Shown piece after piece: positions 38,357 through 48,002 of a stretch of 64,000 bases of DNA. The notes under the pieces were generated by a model. The model was not told the DNA's origin. It saw only the letters and a program-made list of their open reading frames with translations, and did no database searches. A program made the translations under genes and the position numbers. Position 1 is the first letter of the stretch; each line of letters opens with the position of its first letter. Origin of the DNA: a virus. The DNA lies in IMG/VR virus record IMGVR_UViG_3300047440_000809, positions 1-64,000 of that record; one strand, 5' to 3'.

Positions 38357-38573
38357 GACCGCGCACACGACTCGATGACGGGGAGCATCTCGCGCTCGGT
38401 GCCCATGCCGCCGCCGTATGCCCAGCTGTACCACGACGCCCAACGCAGCGCCGGGCGCCAGCCTCGCGCTCGGCTGCGCCAGCCCACGTTCGAATCGAGT
38501 GCGACAGTGCTGCGGATGTACCGGTGGCACAAGCGCAGCGCGCGCACGTCCTTCTTCGGTGTCGGCCCTCGCT

Positions 38574-38888
38574 TCACGGCTCGATTTCCTCACACGCGCA
38601 CGCGTCCATCTTCGTGGCCTTGAAGCCTTTCAGCCACGCCCGCCCGAAGCTCTCGCCGGCGGCCAGCGCCTCGGTCAGTGATTTGTACTTGCCGACGATC
38701 TTGTGCGCGTGGTCTTCGAGAATGTCAGCGCCGAGGGGGCTCTCTACGGCGCCAACAAACCATTCAGTGTCCGCGTCGGTGTACTTCAAGACCGTGACGA
38801 TGACGCGGCTGGTAGGACCCGTCACGACCACCGCGAGCTGGATGCCGGCTCTCCACTCAAACGGCTCGTCGAGGATAGGCGCGCTCAC
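38574..38888 (-). CDS. Hypothetical protein
   Basis: Coupled ORF. Confidence 0.55.
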   Translation of the reverse strand: MSAPILDEPFEWRAGIQLAVVVTGPTSRVIVTVLKYTDADTEWFVGAVESPLGADILEDHAHKIVGKYKSLTEALAAGESFGRAWLKGFKATKMDACACEEIEP

Positions 38889-39310
38889 GGCTTGATCCTG
38901 GACTCGAACTCGCTCGACGTGCGCACCGGCGTCCACTGCTCGCAGGTCGCCAGCATGTCCACCGGGATTCCCTGCGCCCGGCAGAACCCGTAGGAGCGCG
39001 GGTCGATCTTCAGGCTCTTGCGGCCCGCGAACTCGCGTGCGATCGGCGTCTCGAAGCACCCCGCGGCATCGGCCGTGAGCCCCTTCGCGAGGAGGTGGTT
39101 GCGCAGCTTCTTCTCGTCCTTCTCGAACGCGACGCAATGCAAGCACGGCCGTGCCTCCATCCCCGTGGCCAGCTCGATCGTGCCTGCGGCCGCACGGTCA
39201 CCGTCGCCACCCACGATGTCGATGCCCGTGAAGCAGGTCGTGTTGGCGAGCGCGCAGGCGATGCAGGGCTTCGGTGCGTGGTCGTCGTGACCGCAGGAAG
39301 GGCAGCTCAC
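38885..39310 (-). CDS. Cys-rich hypothetical protein
   Basis: CPSCGH..H, CIAC, CLHC; C-terminal part of the 902-aa track ORF. Confidence 0.6.
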   Translation of the reverse strand: MSCPSCGHDDHAPKPCIACALANTTCFTGIDIVGGDGDRAAAGTIELATGMEARPCLHCVAFEKDEKKLRNHLLAKGLTADAAGCFETPIAREFAGRKSLKIDPRSYGFCRAQGIPVDMLATCEQWTPVRTSSEFESRIKP

Positions 39311-39394
39311 GACCGGGAATCTACCACCGGTCGACGCCAATGACTTAACAAAATGGATTGACGACGGGGCGGTCGTGCTTGAAGCTCTTCGTCC

Positions 39395-41596
39395 ATGGCC
39401 GTCGCACCACCGATGCTCAAAGCCCATCCGGACATGGCGAAGCTGAACAGCTTCTCCATGCCCTTCTTGGTTACGATCACGAAGCACCTTGTCCCACGCG
39501 GCGGCGAAGGGGTATCGGCGGTGGCAACGCAGCTGATGACCCGCGATCAGTTGCTCGACTACCAGGGCGTGAAGCTGCTGACGACCTTCGGCCCCGGCTA
39601 CTACCACTTCACCGTCGTGGACCCGGGCGGGCAGGGCGAGGACGAGTGGAAGGTGAAGCTCGGTACGGAAGCAGCAGCACAGGAGGGTCAGATGCCAGGT
39701 CCATTCGGTTCTCCAGCAGCGATGCCCACGGGCTCGGCGATGCCCAGTACACCGCTCGACTCCGACGTCAGGCAGATCGGCCCCGGCTGGTACTACAACG
39801 AGTCGATGGGGCTCCTCTACACGCCGTGGCGCGCGATGGTTCCGTGGAAGACCGGCGATCCGCTGCCGCAGCAGCCGACCTCGAACACGACGGCCACCGC
39901 GCCCGGCGGAGCGACGTGGGCCTACCCGGGGTGGAACGGCGGCGGGCCTTCGACTCCGTGGATGCCGGGCTGGGGCAACTTCCCCGCGGCCGAGGACTCC
40001 AAGATCGAAACGCTCAAGATGCAGCTCGAAGAGCAGAAGCGTCAGCTCGAAGCCGAGCAGCGTCGACGCGACGAGGACAAGCGTGATCGTGAGGCCGAGG
40101 CGATCCGCACCGAGATGCGCCGGCAGCAGGAGGAGACCAACAAGCGAATCGAGACGCTCATCGAGAAGCTCATGTCGAAGCCCGAGGGGCCATCGGCGCG
40201 CGAGCTGGCCTTGGAGCGGGAGGCCGCGGATGAGCGGCGCCGGCGCGAGGACATGGAGCGCGAGGAGCGTCGGGAGACGCAGCGCCGTGAAGAGGCGCGG
40301 CTCGCCGACGAGCGTCACCGCGAGGAGATGCGCGTGTTCCGCGAGGCGGCGGCCAACAAGCCGGACCCCATGATGAACTTGCTCACGCAGTTCTTGACCA
40401 CGTCGCAGGTCACGCAGGGCGAGAACGTGCGCATGATCCGCGAGTCGAGCCAGCAGGCCACCGCGGCGGCCGAGCGCGGCGCGACGCAGGTCTTGGAGCT
40501 GGCGCGCACCCAGCGCGATGGTGCGATCGATGGTGCCAAGCTGACCCTGGACATGATGAAGGACAACATGGGAGTCCAGAAGGACTTCTTCATGCAGATG
40601 ATCGAGATGAAGGGCAGCGACAACACGCCCTGGTGGGGTAGCATGATCCAGGAAGGGTTGAACCGGGTTGGCGCGGTCGGGGAGATGATGGCCGCTCGGC
40701 AACAGCAGCAACAGCAAGAGCCGCAGTACGTGCCGCCCCCGCCGCGCCAACAGCAACAGCAGTCGCGCGCGCAGACGGTGCCCGGCATCCCGGTCGCGCC
40801 CGCGATCCCGTCCGTCGGGCGCCCCGGCTTCATCGACACGGGGCTGCGCCCGCCGGGCGCCGAGCACGACGTCGAGAACGACGAGTGGCTGCTCCCGGGC
40901 GGGCACCGCGTGAAGAACTCGCTCGTGCAGCAGCGTGGGTGGAAGTTCGCCCTCGACGACCTGGCGAGGCGCGTGTCGCACGCGGCGCCGGTGATGGTGG
41001 TCCCTGCGCCGGCTCCCGCGGCCGACGTGCCGATGAACGGCGCCGGCAATGGCGTGGGTCATGCCCCTCCCGCGGCGGCAGCTCCACCAGCGGCAGCTCC
41101 GCGCGGGCGGCGAGCAGCGACAGCGAGTGCCAGGAAGCCCCCCAGGCGGCGAGCGCCCGCAGCTCCCCCGATGGCGCCGCCGGCAGACCCCAAGGGATAC
41201 ACCGGGGCGGAGGTCGCGGCAGCATCCATCCACGACGTGTTCGAGGCGACCAAGGTATCGCCCGACCCGCAGTTCTTCGGCGAGGTCTGGAACTACGTGC
41301 AGCAGATGCGCGCGAATCCGCCAACACCGGAGGCAGCAGTCAGCTACATCATGCAGGCGCGGTCGTACGTGCGCTCGCGGGGGAAGAACTCGCCGGCGAT
41401 GGAACTGCTCGACGCCGAGCACTTCGAGGTGCTCGTGATGCGGCTCTTCCCCGAGCTGCCCGAGGACTACCAGCACGCCGTCGTGGAGGGGCTGCGTGCG
41501 CAGTTGTCGGGCGGCGGCGGCGAGGAAGGTGGTGGCGAAGGCGGCGGGGAGGGTGAGGGCGAAGATGACGACGAAGGCGAGGAGGCACAACAATGA
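39395..41596 (+). CDS. Large coiled-coil, low-complexity protein
   Basis: 733 aa; E/R coiled coil, Q/P-rich, acidic tail. Confidence 0.8.
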   Translation: MAVAPPMLKAHPDMAKLNSFSMPFLVTITKHLVPRGGEGVSAVATQLMTRDQLLDYQGVKLLTTFGPGYYHFTVVDPGGQGEDEWKVKLGTEAAAQEGQMPGPFGSPAAMPTGSAMPSTPLDSDVRQIGPGWYYNESMGLLYTPWRAMVPWKTGDPLPQQPTSNTTATAPGGATWAYPGWNGGGPSTPWMPGWGNFPAAEDSKIETLKMQLEEQKRQLEAEQRRRDEDKRDREAEAIRTEMRRQQEETNKRIETLIEKLMSKPEGPSARELALEREAADERRRREDMEREERRETQRREEARLADERHREEMRVFREAAANKPDPMMNLLTQFLTTSQVTQGENVRMIRESSQQATAAAERGATQVLELARTQRDGAIDGAKLTLDMMKDNMGVQKDFFMQMIEMKGSDNTPWWGSMIQEGLNRVGAVGEMMAARQQQQQQEPQYVPPPPRQQQQQSRAQTVPGIPVAPAIPSVGRPGFIDTGLRPPGAEHDVENDEWLLPGGHRVKNSLVQQRGWKFALDDLARRVSHAAPVMVVPAPAPAADVPMNGAGNGVGHAPPAAAAPPAAAPRGRRAATASARKPPRRRAPAAPPMAPPADPKGYTGAEVAAASIHDVFEATKVSPDPQFFGEVWNYVQQMRANPPTPEAAVSYIMQARSYVRSRGKNSPAMELLDAEHFEVLVMRLFPELPEDYQHAVVEGLRAQLSGGGGEEGGGEGGGEGEGEDDDEGEEAQQ

Positions 41597-42147
41597 GCTT
41601 CGGCACGACGTTCATGGGTGAGGCGATTGCACACGAGAGTACGGATGCGGTCGACGACAGCGAAGAGTTGTTCAACGAGATGGAGTGGGTGCGCGAGATG
41701 TTCGCCGAGCACCCCGACGAGCTGACCACGGGACTGCACGTCAAAGCGCTGCTGGACAAGGTTCGCGCCGGCGCGGTTACCGTGACGGACGAAGACCGCG
41801 CGTGGCTGGAAGCGCTGGCGCCTGCGTACGACGCGCTGACGCAGGCGTGGGCCAGCGGTCAGTCTTTCCCGAAGCTGCGACTACCGGGAGGGCTGTTCGC
41901 CGGTCCTGATATCAGAGACGCCGGCCCGCTCTCGGGGTTTCCGAAGCCACCCTACCGTACGCGGCGTGATCCTCGGATCGAAGCCCATGCGGTGAACCAG
42001 GCGCGTGCAGCCGCGCGCTCCGTGCTACCAGGCATCGACATGCAGGTCGTGCTCAGTGGCATGGACGCCCTGCGCGTCACGGCCTACCGCGGGCTGCACG
42101 CGCTGTCGCAGAAGATCAGCGACCTCGCCAATCGCTTCGGCCCCTGA
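41593..42147 (+). CDS. Hypothetical protein
   Basis: 184 aa, coupled. Confidence 0.65.
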   Translation: MSFGTTFMGEAIAHESTDAVDDSEELFNEMEWVREMFAEHPDELTTGLHVKALLDKVRAGAVTVTDEDRAWLEALAPAYDALTQAWASGQSFPKLRLPGGLFAGPDIRDAGPLSGFPKPPYRTRRDPRIEAHAVNQARAAARSVLPGIDMQVVLSGMDALRVTAYRGLHALSQKISDLANRFGP

Positions 42148-42686
42148 TGTTCGAGAACCCGAAAGTCGTAGCGCGCGGGTCGATCATCGGCGGCCTCGTC
42201 AACACCGCTCTCGCCGCCCGCTGCTTCTTCGTGCACGAGTACGTCGTCGGAGGCTGGCTTGCGCTCCTGTCGCTGGCGATGGTCGGGCAGTTCTATCTGG
42301 CGGGGAGCCAGGAGAAGTGAGCGACGTCTGCGCGTGCGGCCCCGAGCGCGACACGAAGGACAAGGAGCTGGTCAGCAGGGGCGTGCCAGCCATGATGCTC
42401 TGGTTCTGTTGCGACTGCGGGAAGCCCCGGCCCGGGACGCCCGTCGCGCCCGGCGGCGAGATGTACAAGCCGGTCGATGGAAGCGCCACTCGAACGCCCT
42501 GACGCCGACGACATCCTCGTCGTGTGCGCGAACTGCGGCCACATCGAGGACTTCCACGCGGAGGAGAAGGAAGGGCAGGACCGCTGGTGCCTCGCGCTGA
42601 ACTGTCACGGCTGTCCCGGCTGGGCGCCGAAGTCGACGCGCGCCGCGATTTGACGACCAGCGGCGCCTGGGCGTACGCTCGTCTGC

Positions 42687-42896
42687 ATGGCACGACTCAG
42701 GCACCGTGGTCTCCGTAGGTTCATCTTCGGCGCCCCCAAGCGTCGCAAGCGGCGCGCCTCGGGCGTCGCTTCTCGCGCCAAGAACGCCCCCAAGCACTGC
42801 AAGGTGTCACTCGGCTCGTGCATGCGCGGGTCGGGCGGCCGGGCCAAGGCCAGCAAGTGCATGAAGGGCTACTGGCGCTGCATCAAGGGCGGCTGA
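42687..42896 (+). CDS. Small Arg/Lys-rich protein
   Basis: MARLRHRGLRRFIFGAPKRRKRR; upstream TTGACG-N18-TACGCT. Confidence 0.6.
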   Translation: MARLRHRGLRRFIFGAPKRRKRRASGVASRAKNAPKHCKVSLGSCMRGSGGRAKASKCMKGYWRCIKGG

Positions 42897-42900
42897 CCGC

Positions 42901-43200
42901 GTGGCACGACGGCGGCGCGGCCTCGGCTCCGCAGGCGGTGACTGCGCCGTCTACGTGGGCACCAAGAACGACACGAACGGCAACCCGCGCCGCGGGTGGC
43001 TCGTCGATGTCGGCAGCACCACCGTGTTTGTGAACGAGGGCTACGTCGGGCGCGCCGCGCTCAAGAAGGCGTGCCCGAACGCCGTCGAGCGCTTCAGCCG
43101 CATCGAGATCACGCCGGGCGAGTACCGTTCGCTGCGGAAGCTGCCGAACGCGTGCTCGGGTGGGCAGGCACTGGACGGTGCTCGTCGTCGGAGGCGCTGA
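42901..43200 (+). CDS. Small protein with Arg-rich termini
   Basis: MARRRRGLG...LDGARRRRR. Confidence 0.65.
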   Translation: MARRRRGLGSAGGDCAVYVGTKNDTNGNPRRGWLVDVGSTTVFVNEGYVGRAALKKACPNAVERFSRIEITPGEYRSLRKLPNACSGGQALDGARRRRR

Positions 43201-43505
43201 TGCGCGTCCAGAAGCACGGCAGGATCGTAGACATCCCGGTGCGCGCCGGCACCGTGGTCAAGCTGCGCGAGAACCGATCCGGCAACGTGACGGGGCAGAA
43301 GGCGATCGTCGTCGGCGCGATGAAGCCGAACGACTTTTCGCGGGCCTACGGCAAGCAGATCTACGTCTGCACGGTCTACCGAGACGGCCCGAGCATCAGC
43401 GAGAAGGGCGCGGGCGACGTGTACCCTGTCGGACGCGCGAAGCGTGTTCCGAAGATGTGCAAGGAAGCGCTCGTGGACTACAAGAAGTCCTACGGGGATC
43501 GCTGA
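43200..43505 (+). CDS. Small basic hypothetical protein
   Basis: TGATG-coupled. Confidence 0.6.
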   Translation: MRVQKHGRIVDIPVRAGTVVKLRENRSGNVTGQKAIVVGAMKPNDFSRAYGKQIYVCTVYRDGPSISEKGAGDVYPVGRAKRVPKMCKEALVDYKKSYGDR

Positions 43506-43732
43506 TGGCGAAGAAGAGCTACAACGCAATGGCACAAGTCGTGTGCGCCATCCGTGGTGGCTCGCGAACATCGATCGGCTTGTCGACCATCCTCGACATC
43601 AAGGCGAAGACGAAGGCCGGCGCGGAGCGCATCGCGAAGAGGACATGGCGGTCGCGCGGCGAGCTTCCTGTGCCTGGCATGAAGTACAAGGCGAAGTGCG
43701 TGCTGCATCCGTCGGTCGAGGAAGCGTACTGA
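43505..43732 (+). CDS. Small basic hypothetical protein
   Basis: TGATG-coupled. Confidence 0.55.
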   Translation: MAKKSYNAMAQVVCAIRGGSRTSIGLSTILDIKAKTKAGAERIAKRTWRSRGELPVPGMKYKAKCVLHPSVEEAY

Positions 43733-43953
43733 TGGCCCGCCGCACCTACCGTCCGGGCTCGGGTATGCGTGAGATCGCCGCGCATCAGGTCCGGCGAGTT
43801 CGTCAGGCACTCGCGGCGGGGTTGTGCAAAGAAGCGGAGCTTCGTCTCGACAGCCTCGTGCACAGCCGAGCCAACCGCGAGCGTGTGGTCCGCTCGGGGA
43901 CGATCGCGCGGCTGCACGCGGCGGTTCGTCGTTGCCCTGTGGGGGGACGCTGA
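43732..43953 (+). CDS. Small Arg-rich protein
   Basis: TGATG-coupled. Confidence 0.55.
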   Translation: MARRTYRPGSGMREIAAHQVRRVRQALAAGLCKEAELRLDSLVHSRANRERVVRSGTIARLHAAVRRCPVGGR

Positions 43954-44294
43954 TGGCACGCAAGTGTGACTGGCACTACGCCCCGAAGACGATCCTGACG
44001 ATGAAGGACGGCACGCGTCCCGTCGTGAGCGCACGCGTCTACCCTCCCGGGCAGCATCCGGCTGCATCGCCGATCGTGAAGACGGTGACGGCCGTGCAGC
44101 TCACTAACGATCGGGGCAATTCGCGCTGGTACGGCTTCGACGATGCGCGCATCGCGGCCAACCTGCGGCTCGTCGCGTGCGGGGGTTTCATCAACCCCCG
44201 GAACGAGATCGCGAAGGACTGGAAGCGCTGTGGGAAGATTTGCAACAACCTGTCTGGATCTCTCGCGGGGTCTCGACGCCGCCGCCGTCGATGA
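43953..44294 (+). CDS. Small protein with Arg-rich C-terminus
   Basis: LSGSLAGSRRRRRR*. Confidence 0.6.
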   Translation: MARKCDWHYAPKTILTMKDGTRPVVSARVYPPGQHPAASPIVKTVTAVQLTNDRGNSRWYGFDDARIAANLRLVACGGFINPRNEIAKDWKRCGKICNNLSGSLAGSRRRRRR

Positions 44295-44557
44295 GCCGCA
44301 AGCGCTACTGCCACGCCGGCTACGACGACGAGGGCCGGGCGCTCTTCACCGAGCACGGCTCTGACGGCACCGAGATGCGCACCATCGTCGGGTCCCCCGA
44401 ATCCGGCAAGCCCATACCACCGGGGCGCGGGCTCGCGCTCGTCACGGCGGAGGCGGATGGCAGGCACGTGACCATGGAAGACGTCGTCATGCCGGGGCCG
44501 GCGCAGGTGGCGACCGAGAGCTACCGGCGCGGCTGGGACGCGACGTTCAAGAACTGA
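44291..44557 (+). CDS. Hypothetical protein
   Basis: GPAQVATESYRRGWDATF. Confidence 0.6.
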   Translation: MSRKRYCHAGYDDEGRALFTEHGSDGTEMRTIVGSPESGKPIPPGRGLALVTAEADGRHVTMEDVVMPGPAQVATESYRRGWDATFKN

Positions 44558-44687
44558 TGAGCGCCGCGTAGGCGAGGAGAGCGTCGACGTCGGGGCCCGA
44601 CCAGCCGCGTGCCCACACGATGCCCTCTTCGTGGACGAAGTCCCCGCTGGCCTGCCCGGTCGAGGCACTCCACCAAAACGTTCCGCC
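44547..44687 (-). pseudogene. Start-less WARGW-family fragment (12)
   Basis: Manual translation ...FVHEEGIVWARGWSGPDVDALLAYAALISS*; in-frame TGA upstream and no start; flanked by 11-bp direct repeat TCAAGAACTGA. Confidence 0.7.
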
Positions 44688-44692
44688 TCAAG

Positions 44693-44806
44693 TCAAGAAC
44701 TGAGTATCCAGAGCCAGCGGACCAGCACGCAGAAGCAGTACCCGAGCACGAGCACCAAGAAGACGATGAGCCCGCCCCACCCGATCTTCTCTTTGTCCGG
44801 GTTCAT
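44693..44806 (-). CDS. Small membrane peptide
   Basis: MNPDKEKIGWGGLIVFLVLVLGYCFCVLVRWLWILSS*. Confidence 0.55.
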   Translation of the reverse strand: MNPDKEKIGWGGLIVFLVLVLGYCFCVLVRWLWILSS

Positions 44807-45306
44807 CAGTTGCTCGCCGCGTGAAGTTGTTTGACGACGAGGCTGCCTAGCGCATGTACGGCCCGTAGTTCCGCGCGAGGCAGAACTCGAACGCCGTCTT
44901 GCGTAGCTCGCGGGGGAGCTTCGCGGCCGTGACGATCCGCCCGGCCTCCTGCAAGCGCTTGATGGTCTGATAATTGGCCCCGCGTTCGCGCTTCGCCTCG
45001 GCGCGCTCGCGCTCGATCTTCTGCTTGCGCTCTTCGGCGGCCTTCGCGCGGACGGCCTTCTTGATCGCGTTCACGGCCGCACCGGTCCACCCGCGGCACC
45101 ACCCGTTGCTGTGGCCCTCGGCCGACAGGTAGTGCGATCCACCCGTACCGGCGGGTTTACCGTCCGTCCAGTCGAACGTGTGGCTGTCGATGTTCGTGAC
45201 GGTCGCGCGGATCGTGTTGATGGCGATCAAGACCTTGTCGCCCTTCTTGAGTGCTACCTTCGCTATCGTCTCCATCTCAGTTGCTCCCGGCGTGAAGTTG
45301 TTTGAC
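44806..45306. repeat. 30-bp direct repeat (28/30 identical) flanking ORF 44847-45275
   Basis: TCAGTTGCTC(GCCG/CCGG)CGTGAAGTTGTTTGAC at 44806-44835 and 45277-45306. Confidence 0.85.
44847..45275 (-). CDS. WARGW-family protein 13 (divergent)
   Basis: LKKGDKVLIAI...AEGHSNGWCRGWTGAAVNAIKKAV. Confidence 0.7.
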   Translation of the reverse strand: METIAKVALKKGDKVLIAINTIRATVTNIDSHTFDWTDGKPAGTGGSHYLSAEGHSNGWCRGWTGAAVNAIKKAVRAKAAEERKQKIERERAEAKRERGANYQTIKRLQEAGRIVTAAKLPRELRKTAFEFCLARNYGPYMR

Positions 45307-45798
45307 AGCGTCGCGTACCAGCAGCTCCTCCGACAGCGTGGGGTCGAGACCCGACACGACCGGCTCGAACTCGTACTTCTTGTAGCCCAGCTCCTTGAGC
45401 GCCCCGCGCACGGCATCGAGCTTCATGCGCTGCGCGGGGGCGACCTTGGGCTCGGCAGCGTCCTCCTCCAGCTTCTCCATGAAGTGCCGCTGGACAGTGC
45501 GCCGGCGCTCGGCCACGTGCATCTCGTCGACTACCCTCCCGACGCGTGCCTCGCGCCCGTGCCAGACCCACGAGAAGAACCCGCGGACCGCGCCGTGCGG
45601 GATCACGAGCATCAGCCCGACCCCGAGCATCACGAGCGCCACGAGCGTGGAGCCGGTCTGCCCGAGCAGCGTGGCCGAGGCGCGGGAGATGAGCTGCCCG
45701 ATGAGACCGCACGTGCCGGCGAAGGCGTAGAAGAACGTGGCGGCGAGCAGCAAGAAGCCGATGAGGAGGCGCTTACGGGCGGGGTGGAGGTTCTTCAT
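45277..45798 (-). CDS. Membrane protein with RuvA C-terminal-like domain
   Basis: Two TM helices; LDAVRGALKELGYKKYE...LSEELLVRDAVKQL. Confidence 0.6.
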   Translation of the reverse strand: MKNLHPARKRLLIGFLLLAATFFYAFAGTCGLIGQLISRASATLLGQTGSTLVALVMLGVGLMLVIPHGAVRGFFSWVWHGREARVGRVVDEMHVAERRRTVQRHFMEKLEEDAAEPKVAPAQRMKLDAVRGALKELGYKKYEFEPVVSGLDPTLSEELLVRDAVKQLHAGSN

Positions 45799-45803
45799 GG
45801 GGG

Positions 45804-45998
45804 TTACTCCTCGCAGTCTTGGTTGCAGTCTTCGCAGTTGGCGCGTTCCTGGTCACGATGGTCAGGACACACCTCGGCTACGTGGGCGGTAGTGTCATCG
45901 GTGCAGTTAGCAGCCATCCACGCTTGTGCCGTCTCGGGCGAGTAGAACTCGTCGGCGACGACCCCCTCCTCGTCCGTGAAAACACCGTATTCAGTCAC
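45804..45998 (-). CDS. Small acidic Cys-containing protein
   Basis: CPDH...CEDC. Confidence 0.55.
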   Translation of the reverse strand: MTEYGVFTDEEGVVADEFYSPETAQAWMAANCTDDTTAHVAEVCPDHRDQERANCEDCNQDCEE

Positions 45999-46264
45999 GT
46001 GCCAACACTATATCAACATCCGTGCCAACCCTCTTGATATCAGCAGCCGCAGCTTCCTGGGCCACCGTGACGGCAATCGTGCTCCCACAGATGATGCAAT
46101 CCCGCCACACGAACAAGACTGTGCCCTTTTCGCCCCACTGGGCTCGGGGGTTGGAGGTCAGCGCGGCCAGCATCTTGGGGTTGCCGGCAATCACCTCGTG
46201 GTCTTCGGTCAGGTGCATGGTCGTGATATCGACAGGTCGTGTTATGTCTTTAGCAGCGCCCGCT

Positions 46265-46609
46265 TCATGGCTTCTTGTCCGTCGTGAGCGCGTGCGCGGC
46301 GATAGCAGCTCGGAAGGACTCCACGGCACCATTGACGACGTCGAGGGTAGGAGCGAGCTTGGCGTGCGGCAAAGACGTAACCGCGAGAGCACACGACGAA
46401 CAGATGGCCACCAAGGACCCCGCGGCGATGACCGTGCCCTGGGGTTCAACACGCAACTGCTGGGTAATCGACTGTCTGAAGTGGTCCTTGCACCGGTCCT
46501 GTTGGCAGAACGGACACACCGCAAAGAACGCCCGGTCGCACCGTGTTGAAGGCTCGCTGTGCGATCCCGGAATCTCCTCGTCACACACGCGCATCGTCCG
46601 TGTCGACAT
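46265..46609 (-). CDS. Zn-finger hypothetical protein
   Basis: CPFC...CKDH, CSSC. Confidence 0.55.
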   Translation of the reverse strand: MSTRTMRVCDEEIPGSHSEPSTRCDRAFFAVCPFCQQDRCKDHFRQSITQQLRVEPQGTVIAAGSLVAICSSCALAVTSLPHAKLAPTLDVVNGAVESFRAAIAAHALTTDKKP

Positions 46610-46950
46610 CACTTCACCCCCAACAGCGCTCGGGCCGCCAAGAACGCCGCGCGAGCTTCGGGTCCGTGGCCGCGCGTCCAGGTGACCATCTCGTCGTTCT
46701 CCCAGACGCCGCCGGTACGTGCACCGCACTTCCAGTAGATGCGGTTACCGCGATCCGTGTGCCACTGCGCCTCGTCGTTCGCGGTGACGGTAGCGCGCAA
46801 CAGCCGCAACGGGCGGTCGAGAACCCATCGACGCGGTTGCTTCTTGCGCGGCTTCGTGAACCCGTTGCGCCCGCGCTCGAACACCTGCGTCGCATCGGAG
46901 CCCGAGTCCACCACCGTGATGCCGAAGCCGATGCAGGGCAGCTCGCTCAT
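46609..46950 (-). CDS. WARGW-family protein 14
   Basis: NDEMVTWTRGHGPEARAAFLAARALLG. Confidence 0.7.
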   Translation of the reverse strand: MSELPCIGFGITVVDSGSDATQVFERGRNGFTKPRKKQPRRWVLDRPLRLLRATVTANDEAQWHTDRGNRIYWKCGARTGGVWENDEMVTWTRGHGPEARAAFLAARALLGVK

Positions 46951-47372
46951 CGCCTGATGGCCTCGCGGATCATCAAGCTCACGGCGTTGGCGGGCGTGCC
47001 GAGAGCGATTGCAGCTCGGATGGCGGGGAGGTGCTTGCTTAGCCTCGCAGCGAGCTTTTCAACGCGCATGCAGCTGTAATCGGGGTACGTGTAGTCGATT
47101 GCCCCGATCAGGTATTTGTCTTCGTGACGTACGTACCAGGAGAAGTCGCTGGACCTCTCGTAACGCACGAGTGGCATGCCAAGGGCCTCAGCAAGATCCT
47201 TGTGCTCGCCACCGATCTCAACAGCGTTGTCCCTGCCGCCGAGCACGTCGAACGCACGTTCTCGCGCCTCGGTGTACGCCTTACCAGCCGCTTGCTCAGC
47301 ATTCCACCGCGCGCGTGTCTCCGGCGATGCTGGATGCTTCGGGCGAAACCGCGGGCCTCCTCCAGTCTTCAC
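46947..47372 (-). CDS. Hypothetical protein
   Basis: Coupled ORF. Confidence 0.55.
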   Translation of the reverse strand: MKTGGGPRFRPKHPASPETRARWNAEQAAGKAYTEARERAFDVLGGRDNAVEIGGEHKDLAEALGMPLVRYERSSDFSWYVRHEDKYLIGAIDYTYPDYSCMRVEKLAARLSKHLPAIRAAIALGTPANAVSLMIREAIRR

Positions 47373-47589
47373 CGCCGCACCACTCTCCAGCCCCCGGCGC
47401 CCACGTCGAGCACCACGGCGAGCCGGTGCATCCGGAGCGCGTACTGGAGCATCACCGCGAACTCCGCGACCAGCTCCTCCACGGCGGGCGTGAAGATGAA
47501 GCCGACGTGGCACACCCTCCCCACGAATGCCAGCGCGCGGAACTGCGTGCTCGGGGTGATCTCGATCGTCGGGTCGGTGGGGTTCGTGC

Positions 47590-47751
47590 TCACGTTCTCC
47601 TCCTCGCTGGTGGTTTCCACTGCTCGAACGCCGCGCTGACGTACTCGCGCAGGGTCATCCCCTGCCAGCTCGCGCGGCGGACCATCGCCATGTACTCCGG
47701 ACCGGAGAGCCGCACGATGAGGTAGCGCATGAGGCCGTCGAGCGTCTTCAT
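47590..47751 (-). CDS. Ribbon-helix-helix-like small protein
   Basis: YLIVRLSGPEYMAMVRRASWQGMTLREYV. Confidence 0.55.
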   Translation of the reverse strand: MKTLDGLMRYLIVRLSGPEYMAMVRRASWQGMTLREYVSAAFEQWKPPARRRT

Positions 47752-48002
47752 GACGACACCAGCGCCATCGCGACGCGGAGCGCACGAACCGTTGTCGAGT
47801 TCTTGTGGTGCCACCCGTGGACCCACGTGACGCCCTCGGCTGCAAGAGCGGCGTACGCACTCGCACCGTACTTCCAGGTGGCGCCAGACAGACGCGCGGT
47901 GTAGTAGCGGAAGTTGGGACCCCCATCGTTGATTGCGTCGACGACACCGTAGAGGACGCGGCCGTCCGTGCTCAGGCTCGTGATCTTGTCGCCGACCTTC
48001 AC
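47748..48002 (-). CDS. WARGW-family protein 15
   Basis: VKVGDKITSL...AEGVTWVHGWHHKNSTTVRALRVAMALVSS*. Confidence 0.75.
   Translation of the reverse strand: MKVGDKITSLSTDGRVLYGVVDAINDGGPNFRYYTARLSGATWKYGASAYAALAAEGVTWVHGWHHKNSTTVRALRVAMALVSS

Noticed and set aside
39311-41593. 902-aa minus-strand ORF and many other long overlapping ORFs in the track
   Set aside because: Antisense or alternate-frame shadows of high-GC genes; only 38885-39310 looks real
45799-45812. Third copy of the AGTAA leader (GGAGTAACC, minus strand)
   Set aside because: Only a stop codon and RBS; lacks flanking stems, ACATA and terminator
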